A stretch of 41,767 nucleotides of DNA, from contig JALMLS010000595.1 in NCBI GenBank assembly GCA_038496445.1, positions 1 to 41,767 of the forward strand. Direction: 5' to 3'. Position numbers and translations under genes: made by a program. The stretch is from Trichosphaerium sp. ATCC 40318. Its lineage: Eukaryota > Protista > Tubulinea. Shown in pieces: positions 1-12,212 of this stretch (position 1 is its first letter; the number at the start of each line of letters is the position of its first letter). The notes under the pieces are model-generated. The model had not been told where the DNA came from and did not search any database. It saw only the letters and a list, made by a program, of their open reading frames with translations.

Positions 1-1343
1 CTTTCAAAGACAATACCTGTTGTTGGTGTATCAGATGGTGCGGCTGTTGGCACTGATGTTGGCAAAACTGAAATGAACAATATTGTTATATCTTTGTTAA
101 GTTTAACAATATCCTTACCTGTAGGTGCTGCTATCGTTGTAGGTACTGTTGGTGGGTCTATCTCACATATAAAGAGTTCTGTTCTGTCACAAGTAATATC
201 ACCCCACAATACCCCTGCAGTATAATTGCGCATGAATACACAATTTTCTTTGCTGTCGTGTTTTCCAGGCTCATTTTCCTGCCAAGGTACTACAAAAAAC
301 TCTCTTCCAAAATCAAGTGGCTCATTCGTTACTGCCTTTGTATGTGTTAATTGATAGTAGGGTTAAGACCTATTAGTACCCATTGAAAGTCAAGGTGAGT
401 TCTGTATCCACTTGTCAATCCAATCATTGCAGTATAACCTCGATCTACACTTTCTAGAGGTAAAATAGTTCCAATGAACTTATACTCCTCATCGCTGTTG
501 ATTGTAACAAGATATCCGCCTTGTTGCAAACAATGACCTGTTTGATAAGGTTATTACTATTTACTTTGCAGAGTACCTTGGGCTTCAGGCCATGTATAAC
601 GCATTTCAAAAGGATTATAGCAATGATCTATATTAAATCAACAAATAACGGAGAACGAAACAAGTTTTTAACTGAATACCTGAGCTCATATGCTCACAAG
701 ATATATTTTGTGATATATCTATGCAAGGTTTTGATACTGGTATAGTATCACTGGAGGGTGCTTCACAAACGAAATGATCTGAGGAGCAATTACCGTTTTG
801 TATGATCTACCACAAAATAGGTGATTTAATACTGTTTGCCAAACCTATTGTACGCACGCCTCCCAGAAGTGTAGGGCAATTACTGTCGTTTATAACACTT
901 CCTTGATATGCTACACCCATTGCAATGTTATTGACAAGCGAGTTATCATACCAAAAGTAATCAATACTGTTTGAAGTGGTAATATTCAAACGTAATCGCT
1001 AATCGACCTTTTAAAACAAAACACGTGATTTGGAGATAAAAAAAAACCCACGTGATTCGTTCATCGGTTAGTTTTGTGGACGTACGGGAAATAAAGTCAT
1101 TACAGATGCTTCCATAATACTGTCTAGTACAAGAGGATTGAATCCTAACCAAGGAAAATGTAATTATTACGGTAAATAAGGCTATTCAGTTTGGCTCATA
1201 CCCATTTCGCACGAATCGTTGTCTGTATCATTATGGAGCGTGTATGTTGTATTTTCCCAAGTACACCTTGAAATAACTGCGCACGTGCCCATAGTTATGT
1301 AAACATATAAAGCGAGTGCAGACAGAGCATTACTTGAGGTCAT
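1..1343 (-). CDS. Tandem C-type lectin-like surface protein, copy 1 (multi-exon; 3' end runs off the window)
   Basis: ATG at 1343 and signal peptide, then RCTWENTTYTLHNDTDNDSCEM. Later exons read YFWYDNSLV..NCPT, C.QQGGYLVTINSDEE..IGLTSGYRTHLDFQW and AVTNEPLDFGREFFVVPWQENEPGKHDSKENCVFMR..WGDITC..FICE (CTLD W/EPx/ENC/WxD/FICE pattern). Introns are GT-AG, about 50-90 nt. Confidence 0.8.
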
Positions 1344-1441
1344 ACGAGCTTTTGATGTCCGGCGTATGTAAAAAATGTGATTGGTTTTGTTATATTTAAG
1401 ACGACTACCGCATGCGTCAATCTTCAAACATGTACCATCGA

Positions 1442-1549
1442 GGACCTTTTTCTATGTACTTGACACTCAAATTGGCTTTCGTTTCAATACCAGAATTTAT
1501 TGTCACGTGCTAACAAATGTATCGCAAACCGTCTAAAATTGGTCTTATC
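1442..1549. repeat. Diverged ~110-bp dispersed repeat containing TTGTCACGTGCT (copy A)
   Basis: Aligns by eye with 3207-3328 (gaccttttt...actca.attg..ttcgtt...tattgtcacgtgct.ac.aatgt...gtctaa..tggt..tatc). Confidence 0.6.
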
Positions 1550-1770
1550 AAGTGAACATCTTATCCACTTTGCTTTTAACCACGTGATGACTTGTCATTC
1601 CAACATGCATTCTCCTGATGAGTCTTCGTTTACTATTTCCAAAATTAATTGATAAATAGTGAAGATTTTTTCAACTGACTGTTCTTGGCGCCTGCAAGAA
1701 TCTAGCGTGTAGTAACATTTAAACATGCGGTATAGTTTAGTGGTTTTGAAAAGTTTATTAAGACACGTGA

Positions 1771-2898
1771 TCAAACACGATCAATCTTACATGCTTCTTC
1801 ACAAGTAATTTGAGTGCCATCATAGTAAAACTCCACACAATTCTCCATCAAATATGGAATACACTCATTTGTTACCAGGCCACAGGAATTTACCATAATA
1901 CATTCAGCTTTCGTCAAAGTCTTAATACCTTCATCAGTAACAAGTGAACATTCGCTCAAATCGATTTCTTTAACACCTTTTAAGCCAACAGCTCTCACTC
2001 CAACATCAGTGATGGCTGTGCAACCTGAAACATAAAGAATGCTAATACCTGCAAGAGCTATAAGTGAAGTATCTGTTATAGAAGTCTGACAAAGAACTGC
2101 AGAATAGCAACCTTTAAGTGCTTTAACACCTTCATCTGTTACACGAGTACAACTGTTAATATTGATCGTATGTACACCTGCCAATGCCTTTAGGCATTCA
2201 TCTGTTACAGGTAAGCGTCTTAAATTAACAGTATGAACACCAGAAAGCGTAAGAAGTCCTTTAGAAGTCAGATTATTGCAACACGTGAGGTCTATTGTTT
2301 TCACTCCTTTAAGTGCTTCAAGACCCTCATCTGTGATAGCTGCACCGGCAAGATAGATAGTATGGACTCCTTTTAATGCTTTAATACCTGTATCAGTGAT
2401 AGACTTGCAATTCTCAAGCAGTATAGTATGGACACCTTGAAGTGCTATCAACGACTTATCAGATATCTTAGTCGCTGATAAATCGATTGTATGGATCCTC
2501 TTGTTGTTTTGAACAAGTGACAACACCCCAGTATCAGTTACCTCAGAGTGCGACAGGCCAATGGCATGTATGTCATTGAGCTCTGACACGCATTCATCTG
2601 TGATATTAGGAGTATAAGAAGCATCAACATCTCGAACATTAGCCAAAGGTCTAAAGTCCGAAACTGTCAAATCGTTCATTTGAGATAACATAATTTTCGT
2701 GTTTTTGAGAAGCGGATTGTTGTCTAGGAGTTTTAATGCGCTCCTTGAGCGTATACGTATTTTACCATAGCCAATACGGTGCCTTACGATGGTCGATAAG
2801 GCTTTACAAGTTTGAGCGGCTGTATAACGCAGTTTGATATTCCCAAAGCGTATAATAAGCGCTAACATATCCAATGGTAGGTCTAGAATACATTGTGG
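1771..2898 (-). CDS. F-box-like/leucine-rich repeat protein (AMN1/FBXL type); first exon unresolved
   Basis: The N-terminal CILDLPLDMLALII..TAAQTCKAL resembles an F-box. It is followed by ~23-aa Cys-containing LRRs (L.GVHTI.L..C..ITD.G.KA). Confidence 0.85.
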   Translation of the reverse strand, partial: PQCILDLPLDMLALIIRFGNIKLRYTAAQTCKALSTIVRHRIGYGKIRIRSRSALKLLDNNPLLKNTKIMLSQMNDLTVSDFRPLANVRDVDASYTPNITDECVSELNDIHAIGLSHSEVTDTGVLSLVQNNKRIHTIDLSATKISDKSLIALQGVHTILLENCKSITDTGIKALKGVHTIYLAGAAITDEGLEALKGVKTIDLTCCNNLTSKGLLTLSGVHTVNLRRLPVTDECLKALAGVHTININSCTRVTDEGVKALKGCYSAVLCQTSITDTSLIALAGISILYVSGCTAITDVGVRAVGLKGVKEIDLSECSLVTDEGIKTLTKAECIMVNSCGLVTNECIPYLMENCVEFYYDGTQITCEEACKIDRV

Positions 2899-3206
2899 AC
2901 GTAAGTCACTACAGCTGAGTTAAAAGACGCAAATAAGCCATTACTTTGCTTTTGTACCTCATGTTGGCGATGGAAATCGAACGTAAGCGCTTTGTTGTGT
3001 CTGTTCGTAGAATTAAAAGACATTTACTAAAGCCAACTTAAATCGTTTCGGAGAAAACAAGCTAAAAATGGGTATTGTTAATCTGTTTTTTTCGATAATC
3101 AGGGTCAACACCAAGCATGTTCATACATTAACCAAACGATCAATTCTCCCTTGGGGCTGGAAAACGTGCAATCAAAATCAGTTTTGCTGAATAATTGACA
3201 CAAAAT

Positions 3207-3328
3207 GGACCTTTTTTATTCGCATTTAAAACTCAGATTGCCTGCTTCGTTGCAAGGGCCAATATTATGATTATTATATTGTCACGTGCTTACCAATGTG
3301 TAACAAATAGTCTAATAGTGGTACTATC
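3207..3328. repeat. Diverged ~110-bp dispersed repeat (copy B)
   Basis: Similar to 1442-1549. It lies upstream of the LRR gene on the minus strand. Confidence 0.6.
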
Positions 3329-3373
3329 TACATCTACTTGAAAGAAACGTAGCAAATGACTTTTAACATTTAA

Positions 3374-5109
3374 TCACAATATCAGAAACAACATTACAAG
3401 AAGTAATGCAGTGCACATAGTAAGTCTGGGAGAGCCACACTCGAAAGTTGAAATATTAAGGGTGCTTAACAGTGATGTAGATGATCTTGTTTGCTCTTGA
3501 CACTGCTTTGTACCCAAGAGAACCATTGGTGTCACTGCTACACACTCTGTTTTTTGTGATATTAATACCGAAGCAACCTATAAATACACATGTGATTAAA
3601 TTCTATAAAGACAATATTGGTTGTACCCTGACTGACTTTACATCAACAATAAATGTTCCAATAATACAACCAGTCACATTGACTATTGTATTAGTGTTTC
3701 TTATCTGAAGTGTCGTATTACTGAACCTAACAGTGCCTATGATAAAGAGTTGAGTTAGTACAACATACATCCCAACCACACAAGTACCATTAACAACAAG
3801 ATTTGAGTCTAGTACAACAACACTATCAGGTGTAAACTCTACAACATATTAGTAACCAACCTGATTACTCACACTAGTGTTTATGTACGTGTTGGAATTT
3901 GTTCTATCTCACATATAAAGAGTTCTTCTCTGTGACAAGCTATATCAGCCCATATTACTTTCGTAGTATCGTTACGCATGATCACACAATTTTCCTTAGT
4001 ATCGGCGGTGGTTGATGGCTCATTTTCAAACCAAGGGAATACAAAAAACTCCCTTCCAAAATCACGTGGTTCATTCGTTACTGCCTTTGTATGTGTTAAT
4101 TGATAGTAGGGTTAAGACCTATTAGTACCCATTGAAAGTCAAGGTGAGTTCTGTATCCACTTGTCAATCCAATCATTGCAGTATAACCTCGGCTTAAACT
4201 TTCCAGAGGTAGGATGCTAGCAATGAAATTGAACTCATCAGTGCTGTTTATTGCCACAAGGTATCCGCCTTGCTGTAAACAATGAGCTATTTGCTATAGT
4301 TATTCTCTATTTGTATATAGCACAGACTTTTTCTAGACCTTACCTTGAGCTTCAGGCCATGTGTATCTCATTTCAAAAGTGTTGTAGCAATGACCTGGTA
4401 AATAATCAAAAAAATGAAATAAAATCGTCACACTACCCGAAATAAAGCTGTAGTGATCACAAGGTATGTTCTGTGCTACATCTATACACGGTATTGATAC
4501 TGGAGGTACATCACTAGAAGGTGCTTCACAAACGAAATGCTCAGTGGTACAATTACTGTTGTGTACGAACTAGAAAGAAGTGAGATAAATGAAGATAAAC
4601 TTGAATAATGTCACAGCACGAAATGCACTCACGCCTCTATGTAGTATAGGACAGTTTGTGTTATTAATGGTACTCCCTCGAAATGTTATATCCAAAGCAA
4701 TTGTATTTACAAACGAGCTATCATACCAAGAATAATCTGAACTTCCTTGAGATATATTTAACCTTAGCTGCTAATAACCCTTTATTAAAAAAAGACACGT
4801 GATTTCGGAGATTCAATTAATTTTTGCCTCGTGGACGTACGGGAAATAAAGTCATTATAGATGCTTCCATTATACTGTCAAGTACAAGAGGGTGGTAGCC
4901 TAAAGTCGTAAAAACGGTTTAGAGCTTATTAATGAGTACAATAAATACAATCTTTACTACAACATACCCATTTCGCATGAATCATTCCCTATATCGTTAT
5001 GAAGCGTGTATGTTGTATTTTCCCATGTACATCTTGAAATAACCTCACAAGTGCTTGTAGAGATATTAATATACAAAAAGATTACCAGCAGGGCAAATCC
5101 GGAACTCAT
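3374..5109 (-). CDS. Tandem C-type lectin-like GPI-type surface protein, copy 2 (multi-exon)
   Basis: ATG at 5109 (MSSGFALLVIFLY..SRCTWENTTY). Ligand exon AVTNEPRDFGREFFVFPWFENEPSTTADTKENCVIMRNDTTKVIWADIACHREELFICE. Hydrophobic C-terminus and TGA at 3374. Confidence 0.8.
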
Positions 5110-5457
5110 ACTTAATGTTTGATGTTATAATTATACTATGATTAGATCATTCCGGTACAATGTGATTTCTAGCCTGTCATTTGATTACTAACGTGTTCGC
5201 CTTTCTCCATGGTACTAAAAGTCGGCTTTTCAAAACGAAGGGCCTTTATCTAGGATCAAAAAACTTTGAAATCACGTGATTAATACACAGGAATATTATA
5301 AGATAGTTGAACTTTTAAAGACTCTAGTATTGTTGATTTTAACAGGATTTACTTTATTTGATGGCCCAGTGGTTGGAAAGGCAATGTTGCTCCACAATCT
5401 CTTTCTTAGGACAAGAATATAAAAATGGTAAAGTGATGCTTGGACTAATCTTCGGCC

Positions 5458-7268
5458 TTACAATATAAAAAATAGAATGATTATCAGTAATGCAGTACAA
5501 ACAGTAAGTGTTCTACTGCTACACTTGAAAACCTGTATATTGAGAGTGCTTGATAGCAATGACGATGTTCTTGTTTGATCAAAGCATTGGTTTGAACGCA
5601 AGAGGACCATTGGTGAGATCTCTGTACATTCTTTTAGATGCGATAACATAATTGAACCTGCCTATAAAATAACATGTGCGTAAGTGTTTCGTATAGGATA
5701 TTTGAGTTGGTACCTCAATTGATGTTGCATCGATGTTAAAAGTGCCAACTATACAGTCGCCCACTTCAAATATTGTATTTGTTTTGCTCAGTTGAAGTGT
5801 TGTGTTATTGAATCTAGCTGTGCCTTCAAACGTATATTAGATTGTAACGATTCCTGGTTCTAAAAATTACCATCAATAGAAATATCAAAATCGAGTAGGA
5901 CAACACTGTCAGTTGGTATAAAATCTAACTACAAGTTAGTAACTAACACTTGGTATTTTAGTTGAAACAAACCTGTTGTTGGAGCATTAGATGGAGCATC
6001 TGTTGGCGTGGATGTAGGTAAAACTGATAAAATATTAATATTTCGCAACTTCATCACATACGTGTTGGAGCTGGTTCAATCTCACATATAGAGCGAAACC
6101 GTCTATCACATGTTATGTCATGCCAAGTAAAATTTCCTGTTGTGTCGTTCCGCATAATTACACAATTTTCCTTGCTTGTATTGAAGAATTGTGGTTCGTT
6201 TGGTCCTTGCCAAGGGAATACATAAAATTCTTGTCCAAAATCACGTGGTTCACTCGTTACTGCCTAAGTGTATGCGTTAGTTATACAAATCGGCAAAATA
6301 TAATAGTACCCATTGAAAGTCAAGGTGATATCTGTATCCACTTGTCAATCCAAGTACTATAGAAGTTATGGGATAGTCGTAAGGGAAAATACTTTTAATA
6401 AAATCAAACTCTTCAGCACTGTTGATTGTTACAAGGTATCCATTTTGTTGTAAACAATACGCTATTATTGTAATTAGAGTATAATTTGTATACAATAGTA
6501 CCTTGAGCTTCAGCCCATGATAAATACGACCCAATAGAGTTGTAGCAATGATCTGTGATCTGCTTTAATAAAAGGGAGAATACTAAAAAAGTTTCTTTTC
6601 GTTTATAATACCTGTATCGTTGTTGGGGTGCTCACAAGGTACGTTATCCGATATCTCTACGCAAGGCGTTGCTACTAGTGGAACATTGCCAGAGGGAGCT
6701 TCACAAACGAAATGATCTGATGTACAACTATTTTGAATGAACTATCAAAAAGATTAAAAATTATCAACAAATTTTGAGAAAAAACATTGTACGCCTCTAT
6801 CGAGTGTAGGACAGTTGGTATCATTAATAGGGTTTCCTCTATATTCAATCAATTGTTCCATAGCGATGTCATTGACACGCGAGTTATCATACCAAAAGTA
6901 ATTAAGACTGTTTGAAGTGGTGATATTCAAACGTAATCGCTAATCAACCTTTTTAGCAACAAACACGTGATTTGGAGATAAAAAACAAGATAAAAATTTG
7001 TGCTCTCGTACGGGAAATAAAGTCATTACAGATGCTTCCATAATACTGTCAAGTACAAGAGGGTTAAATCCTACGAGAAAATAAATAAGTGGCGAAAATA
7101 AAGGTCCTTTCTCATAGAAAAGTTACCCATTTCGCACGAATCGTTGTCTGTATCATTATGGAGCGTGTATGTTGTATTTTCCCATGTACACCTTGAAACA
7201 ACTGCGCACTTGTAGTTGGAGATGTAAATAACCATAAACAGTGCGAACCAGGCAAGTCTTGAAGTCAT
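5458..7268 (-). CDS. Tandem C-type lectin-like GPI-type surface protein, copy 3 (multi-exon)
   Basis: ATG at 7268. Ligand exon AVTSEPRDFGQEFYVFPWQGPNEPQFFNTSKENCVIMRNDTTGNFTWHDITCDRRFRSICE. C-terminus CSSRTLTVCTALLIIILFFIL*. Confidence 0.8.
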
Positions 7269-7670
7269 ACTTGGAAGCTTGGTTGAAACTCTATGTCTTT
7301 TGAAAATAAAAGAAATTGTGATCGAAAGTAACAAAACAATTGTGAAAAAAAAATTTACTTTACCGGAACTTGCTTAAGTGCACTTAATATATCTAAGTTA
7401 CAACTTGGACACGATACCAAATTGATTAACCTGGATCTCCGTTTTTCCACGAGAGAATTGGCTCCCGCAGTTCAGAGAATACCGGAGTTGAAAAATAAAG
7501 CATGCGTCAACAAGGGATGAGCACTAAGCTGGGATTGTTCGCATTATGCATTGATTTAGCTGACAACAGTAACTAGAAGTATCTCGTGTAGTAATTTTAT
7601 GAGCTCTCTAAGAAAAAAGCGTGTAAATTTACGCCTGTTTTGGTACCAAACACGTGATTATTTTGAAAAC

Positions 7671-7829
7671 TATTGTACGTTTCAGTCAAGTTAGTCAACT
7701 AGTTATTTCGCCAGTTATTTTTCGCTCTGGAAGCACTTTATTTGTGTTGTAGTATCCATTGGAGCACTTTTTACGAGAAAAATAACTGACGAAATAACTA
7801 GTTGACTAACTTGACTGAAACGGACAATA
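7671..7829. mobile_element. MITE with ~50-bp terminal inverted repeats, TA-flanked (Tc1/mariner/Stowaway-like)
   Basis: tattgtacgtttcagtcaagttagtcaactagttatttcgccagttatttttc matches the reverse complement of gaaaaataactgacgaaataactagttgactaacttgactgaaacggacaata with 2 mismatches. TA at both ends. Confidence 0.8.
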
Positions 7830-7854
7830 CATAATAAGGAAACTAAAAAAAATT

Positions 7855-7960
7855 AATGATGATTATTTTGGTATGATGACTCACTTGTACGTCGAATTGC
7901 TATGATCACAGAATACCCTGGTACTAATGTTGATAGTTTTAATTGTCCTAAAATGGGGTA
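7855..7960 (+). pseudogene. Isolated exon remnant of the lectin family
   Basis: Translates DYFWYDDSLVRRIAMITEYPGTNVDSFNCPKMG followed by gtaag, homologous to exon 3 of the family. Confidence 0.65.
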
Positions 7961-8200
7961 AGACTGCCATTGTTTACACATTTTTGTAGAACATTTCAAA
8001 AACTAATTCATTTTGTTGTGCGAAATGACAATTGCTCTAAAGTACCTCCAATTGATATTCGTAAACAATTAAAGCCTTGTGTGAAAGCAACACAGAAACT
8101 ACCTTGCGAGCAAAAGTAATGAATCAGTACAGCAATTGTTTTCTTATACTGGGGTTTTGCTCTTAGGTCATAAGCCGGCTACGAAAAATAAGGGTAAAAC

Positions 8201-9128
8201 TAACGCCCTTCCGTTATGAATATAAGCAATATTCATATTCATAGCACCAAACGGCATATTCATTAATATTCATTCATGAATATTCATGGAGTGTTTGGTG
8301 AGTATTTTGAGGAGCTTTGTAGCACCTAGCGATGTTCCAGATGGATAGATTTAACAAGTTGCATTTGAAAAAAAAAATTTCTCAGTTTTCTCTCGCTTTT
8401 ATGGTGAGACAAAACGCATCAACAAATTACATCCTTATTACTGCCCATTTCTTTACATCCTCACAACGTCTGAGACTTTTTTAAATCAAGCGACAAATAG
8501 AGCAAACTACAAAATTATGTTAAAATATGTTTTTACCCCGAGCTCTGGCTATTTCTACGCCTGGAAAGTACTAAAAAGTGGTTTGAGACAGCAAAAAAAT
8601 AGATCACGTGCCGGGCGCAAGATTGGCTCGAATTGTCAAAAAAACGTCACCACTGGCACAATTTCACACAACAAAGTGTCGGTTAGGGCTACAATGACTT
8701 AGTTTACCGCTAAAATGTAGATATCTTAAACTCACTCAATATATGGCTTTCAACCACTCTATGTATAGAACTATGCTTTTTAGAACATATGAGAGTAGTT
8801 TGGATGAAAAAAAGCACATAGAGACTGAAAAAAAGCCAACAACTTCAGTTTTATGATGCTTTATTTTCGTGGCGCCAAATTGTAAAACCGTCACTCACAA
8901 CGTATTCATGTGTGCAGTACTCTTGTCTGTGATGCGTTATTGTAGTTCTTATGGTAAGTAGAATTGTAACTGCCAAACTGTAAACCAATACTGTGCGATC
9001 AATTTTCTACTGCGTAAGTTGCAGCAAAAAGGGCATGAATAATGAATGAATTTTTTTAGTCATGAATATTTGTGAATATAGGCTGTATTTGAATATTCAA
9101 ATTATTCATTCATAACGGAAGGGCGTTA
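8201..9128. mobile_element. Non-autonomous hAT-like DNA transposon (928 bp)
   Basis: Perfect 21-bp TIRs (taacgcccttccgttatgaat / attcataacggaagggcgtta). 8-bp TSD GGTAAAAC at 8193-8200 and 9129-9136. Subterminal TATTCAT/ATGAATA repeats. No transposase ORF. Confidence 0.9.
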
Positions 9129-9477
9129 GGTAAAACTCAACCTTTTGGCGTGATACTAGAATCGAACACAAACGATTTCAAAGCCAATGAGAGCATGTAG
9201 AACTTAAAAAAACGCATGTGGTGGCATGGTACAATACCAACAAAATTTCATAGGTTCCTTAGCATTCCGTTAACCGAGCGCTACAGGTTTTTGTAGCCGA
9301 CTTAGAGGGACCGTAAGCACCTCTTATATCAGGCTCTGTTTTATCTTCTGTCTTGTTGCATAATTGTAGAACGCACATTTATGAAGTGTCATTGAATTAA
9401 GTGACTGTTTGTGTTCGTGTCAATTTTTTTTTACATTCAGACCATCAATATACAACGCCTACATACCACAAATCGCT

Positions 9478-11359
9478 ATGACTGACTGCAATGACATGGA
9501 TATTGATAACAGTACAGAGGTTCCTAGAATTGAAGTTGATAAAGAAGCTTCCTGGGCCGTTTGGTGCTCTGGAAAGCAGCTTTACATGAAGGTAGAGCCT
9601 TTTTATCATGCTGATGAGTCTTTGGTTCACCACTTGTTTTAAATGTCACGTATACCATCCTCATGCGTAGTAGCATAATGTTTTAGCATGTATGGTCGCA
9701 TCAGCTGTTGGTGATACAACAGAAGTACCAACAGGCGTCAAAACACCTGTAAATTACGCTGATACCCTTCTAATATGGCAAAAAGAAGGTCAGGGTACTC
9801 CACTATCCATTAAACTGCCGGAATCGCCAAAACCAAATAAAAAACGTAAAAAACCCGAAATGAATAGTGAACTGGACGCCATTGACGAAGACGAGCTTAC
9901 AGATATCACACGAGCACGCTTTTTACGCTTAAGCCTTTTTCGAAGAAACCACGTGTCAAAAATCAAACCCAGGAACTTACAATTGTTGCTTAGATGTCAT
10001 CATCAAGGGAAGAAAAAACGCCAACAAAAACAGTATCAAAGAAACGAAAAGTTGTCATCTCTAGAACGGATAGTGATATTGCACGCAAAATGCAGAAGGA
10101 GTTTGATACTGAAATTAAAAGACGAGATCAAGCTAAAGCTGATAAAGACTATGCACTGGGTACCAAGAGACATAGATAAAAAATCAATGACCAACATTGA
10201 ATGCTGAAAGTACTTTTTTTAGCTTTTTACCTACAGAACAGAGGTGAAGAACCAGTGTACTCCTTACCTGATAAAACTGCTCAAGTGATTCCATTGGAGT
10301 ATGGTGTCATTCTATTCAAGAACTATCTCAATGTGGTATGTATCTTTCGACAACAACATTAAGTCTGAGACTTATTATTTTTTAACAGAGCGAACAAGTT
10401 GGTATTTATACAATGTGCTCGGAACTAAACAATGCCAGTTAGCAATAGTAACAGAGATTCCCAATATCCTTATATTATATTCTAGGTATTCCTAAAGCTA
10501 CTACAGCAACTCATCCTGCTACCGTGTTCATGTACAACTGGGCGAATTATCAACAGTAAGTTCTCTTTGAAACTCTTCAACTCGATTCTATCTACAAATA
10601 TCTTGTTTGCTTGTATGTCTTTAGTGATTTTTATTATTACAGACCTAATCATGAAATTGCTAAACCAAAAGATTTATTTGCTTGGGGAGAAGGGCTATAT
10701 AAAAAGGCACACTATTATGCCAAAGAAAATAACATTTTAATGGACACAAACGATCATAAATTTCGCCACCCCACAACATTCAAACCAGATCAACTTATTG
10801 GATTATTGTATACTGGTAAGTAATGTATCTTGTACTTGAGTACATTGAATTCATACTAAAATCAAACAAGAGTTTGAGACTTATTAAGTCACTTTGCGCT
10901 GGAGTTAACTTAACCTACATAAGTTTGTGGTCTTACTCTTTTTTGTAGAAACGGGCAGCTTGTACTGCCATAAAGATGGTGTACCCGGATGGGTAATAAG
11001 TACCACAATAGGTAACGATGTTATATTTTATGTTGCAGGCAACCAAAAAGGCACTGAAGGACGTTTTGGTTAGTTGATCATTTAAATCACAAAAAAACCT
11101 GTAAATACTCACGTTTATACGTAGATATGAGACTTCAATCTGGTGATGTTGTATTGTTCAATGGTAACGATACTTTCCATGGTATTGAAAAAGTATATAA
11201 TCACACTGTAGGTGTTCTAGAGATCAATATTTTTCTTTCTTTCCTCGAAAAGTGAATCCGCTTTTTCTCATTTTTTTCTAGGCTCCCCCCTTTTGGAATG
11301 ACTTAGAAACGTTTGGATATGCGAGATTCAACTTGCAGTTCAGGGAGAGACAAAAATAA
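9478..11359 (+). CDS. AlkB-like 2OG-Fe(II) dioxygenase (multi-exon; 5' exons uncertain)
   Basis: Spliced 3' exons read GLLYTETGSLYCHKDGVPGWVISTTIGNDVIFYVAG..MRLQSGDVVLFNGNDTFHGIEKV..APPFW..YARFNLQFRERQK*. This gives the HxD...H triad and the RxNxxxR motif of the AlkB family. Confidence 0.8.
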
Positions 11360-11489
11360 CTCATACCTTATGACATCTTGTACATTTTTGTAAATACAGT
11401 AGATCAGTATTAAGTAAACCTCAAATAAACTTACGCAACATTTCGTAGGCAGTCAAGGCTATACTTTCATCGTATACAAGCTTCGAGTA

Positions 11490-11995
11490 TTGACATCAAG
11501 ACTTGCATTATTCGCACTGTATATGTTAATTTACATCACCAACAGCACGTGCGCAGTTGTTTCAAGGTGTACATGGGAAAATACAACATACACGCTCCAT
11601 AATGATACAGACAACGATTCATGCGAAATGGGTAATGTTTTAATGAGAAAGAACTTACTCGCATTTTATTTGCCCTAACATTGCTTTGTTAGCTAGGATT
11701 CAATCGTCTTGTACTAGACAGTAAACATGGAAGAATCTGTAATTACTTTATTTCCTCTGTATGAGAATGCTATAGAAATCACAGACTATAATTGTGGTTA
11801 TCACAAAAAAAAAAAAAAAAAAAAAAAGGCAACCTTCTCCCTCTTTTTAAAGGCTTTACAGGTCATTGCTACAGCCCTGTTCGCTTGAGGTACACGTGGC
11901 CTAAAGCTCAAGGTACCCTACAAAAAAATAGTATCTCTGAAATATTAATATATTAATAGTTCATCTCAAGGACATTGTTTACAACAAGGTGTACT
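11490..11995 (+). pseudogene. Lectin-family pseudogene (copy 5)
   Basis: Exon 1 homologue starts with TTG instead of ATG. Exon 2 is degraded, middle exons are replaced by a segment with an A-run, and it ends after CLQQG. Confidence 0.75.
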
Positions 11996-12212
11996 AAAAA
12001 AGAACCTATCCTTTGTGTTCTTGTTCGCCACTTGTCATTGTTGTTAACTGATTTGCTTCTTTGTTGTGTATTGTATGAGAATAGAATAGAGTCGGTTCAC
12101 TCAGTTCAAACGCGTGAAATAATCGAAAGTCATTCAAAAACAATTGTTTACGTTGTACGACTTTTTTTTCTTTTCTCTTTATTAATCTTGCGGGCAACCC
12201 TTAACTCCATTA

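Noticed and set aside
11805-11827. A-run of ~23 nt as the tail of a non-LTR retroposon
   Set aside because: No TSD or recognisable element body found, so it may be simple slippage.
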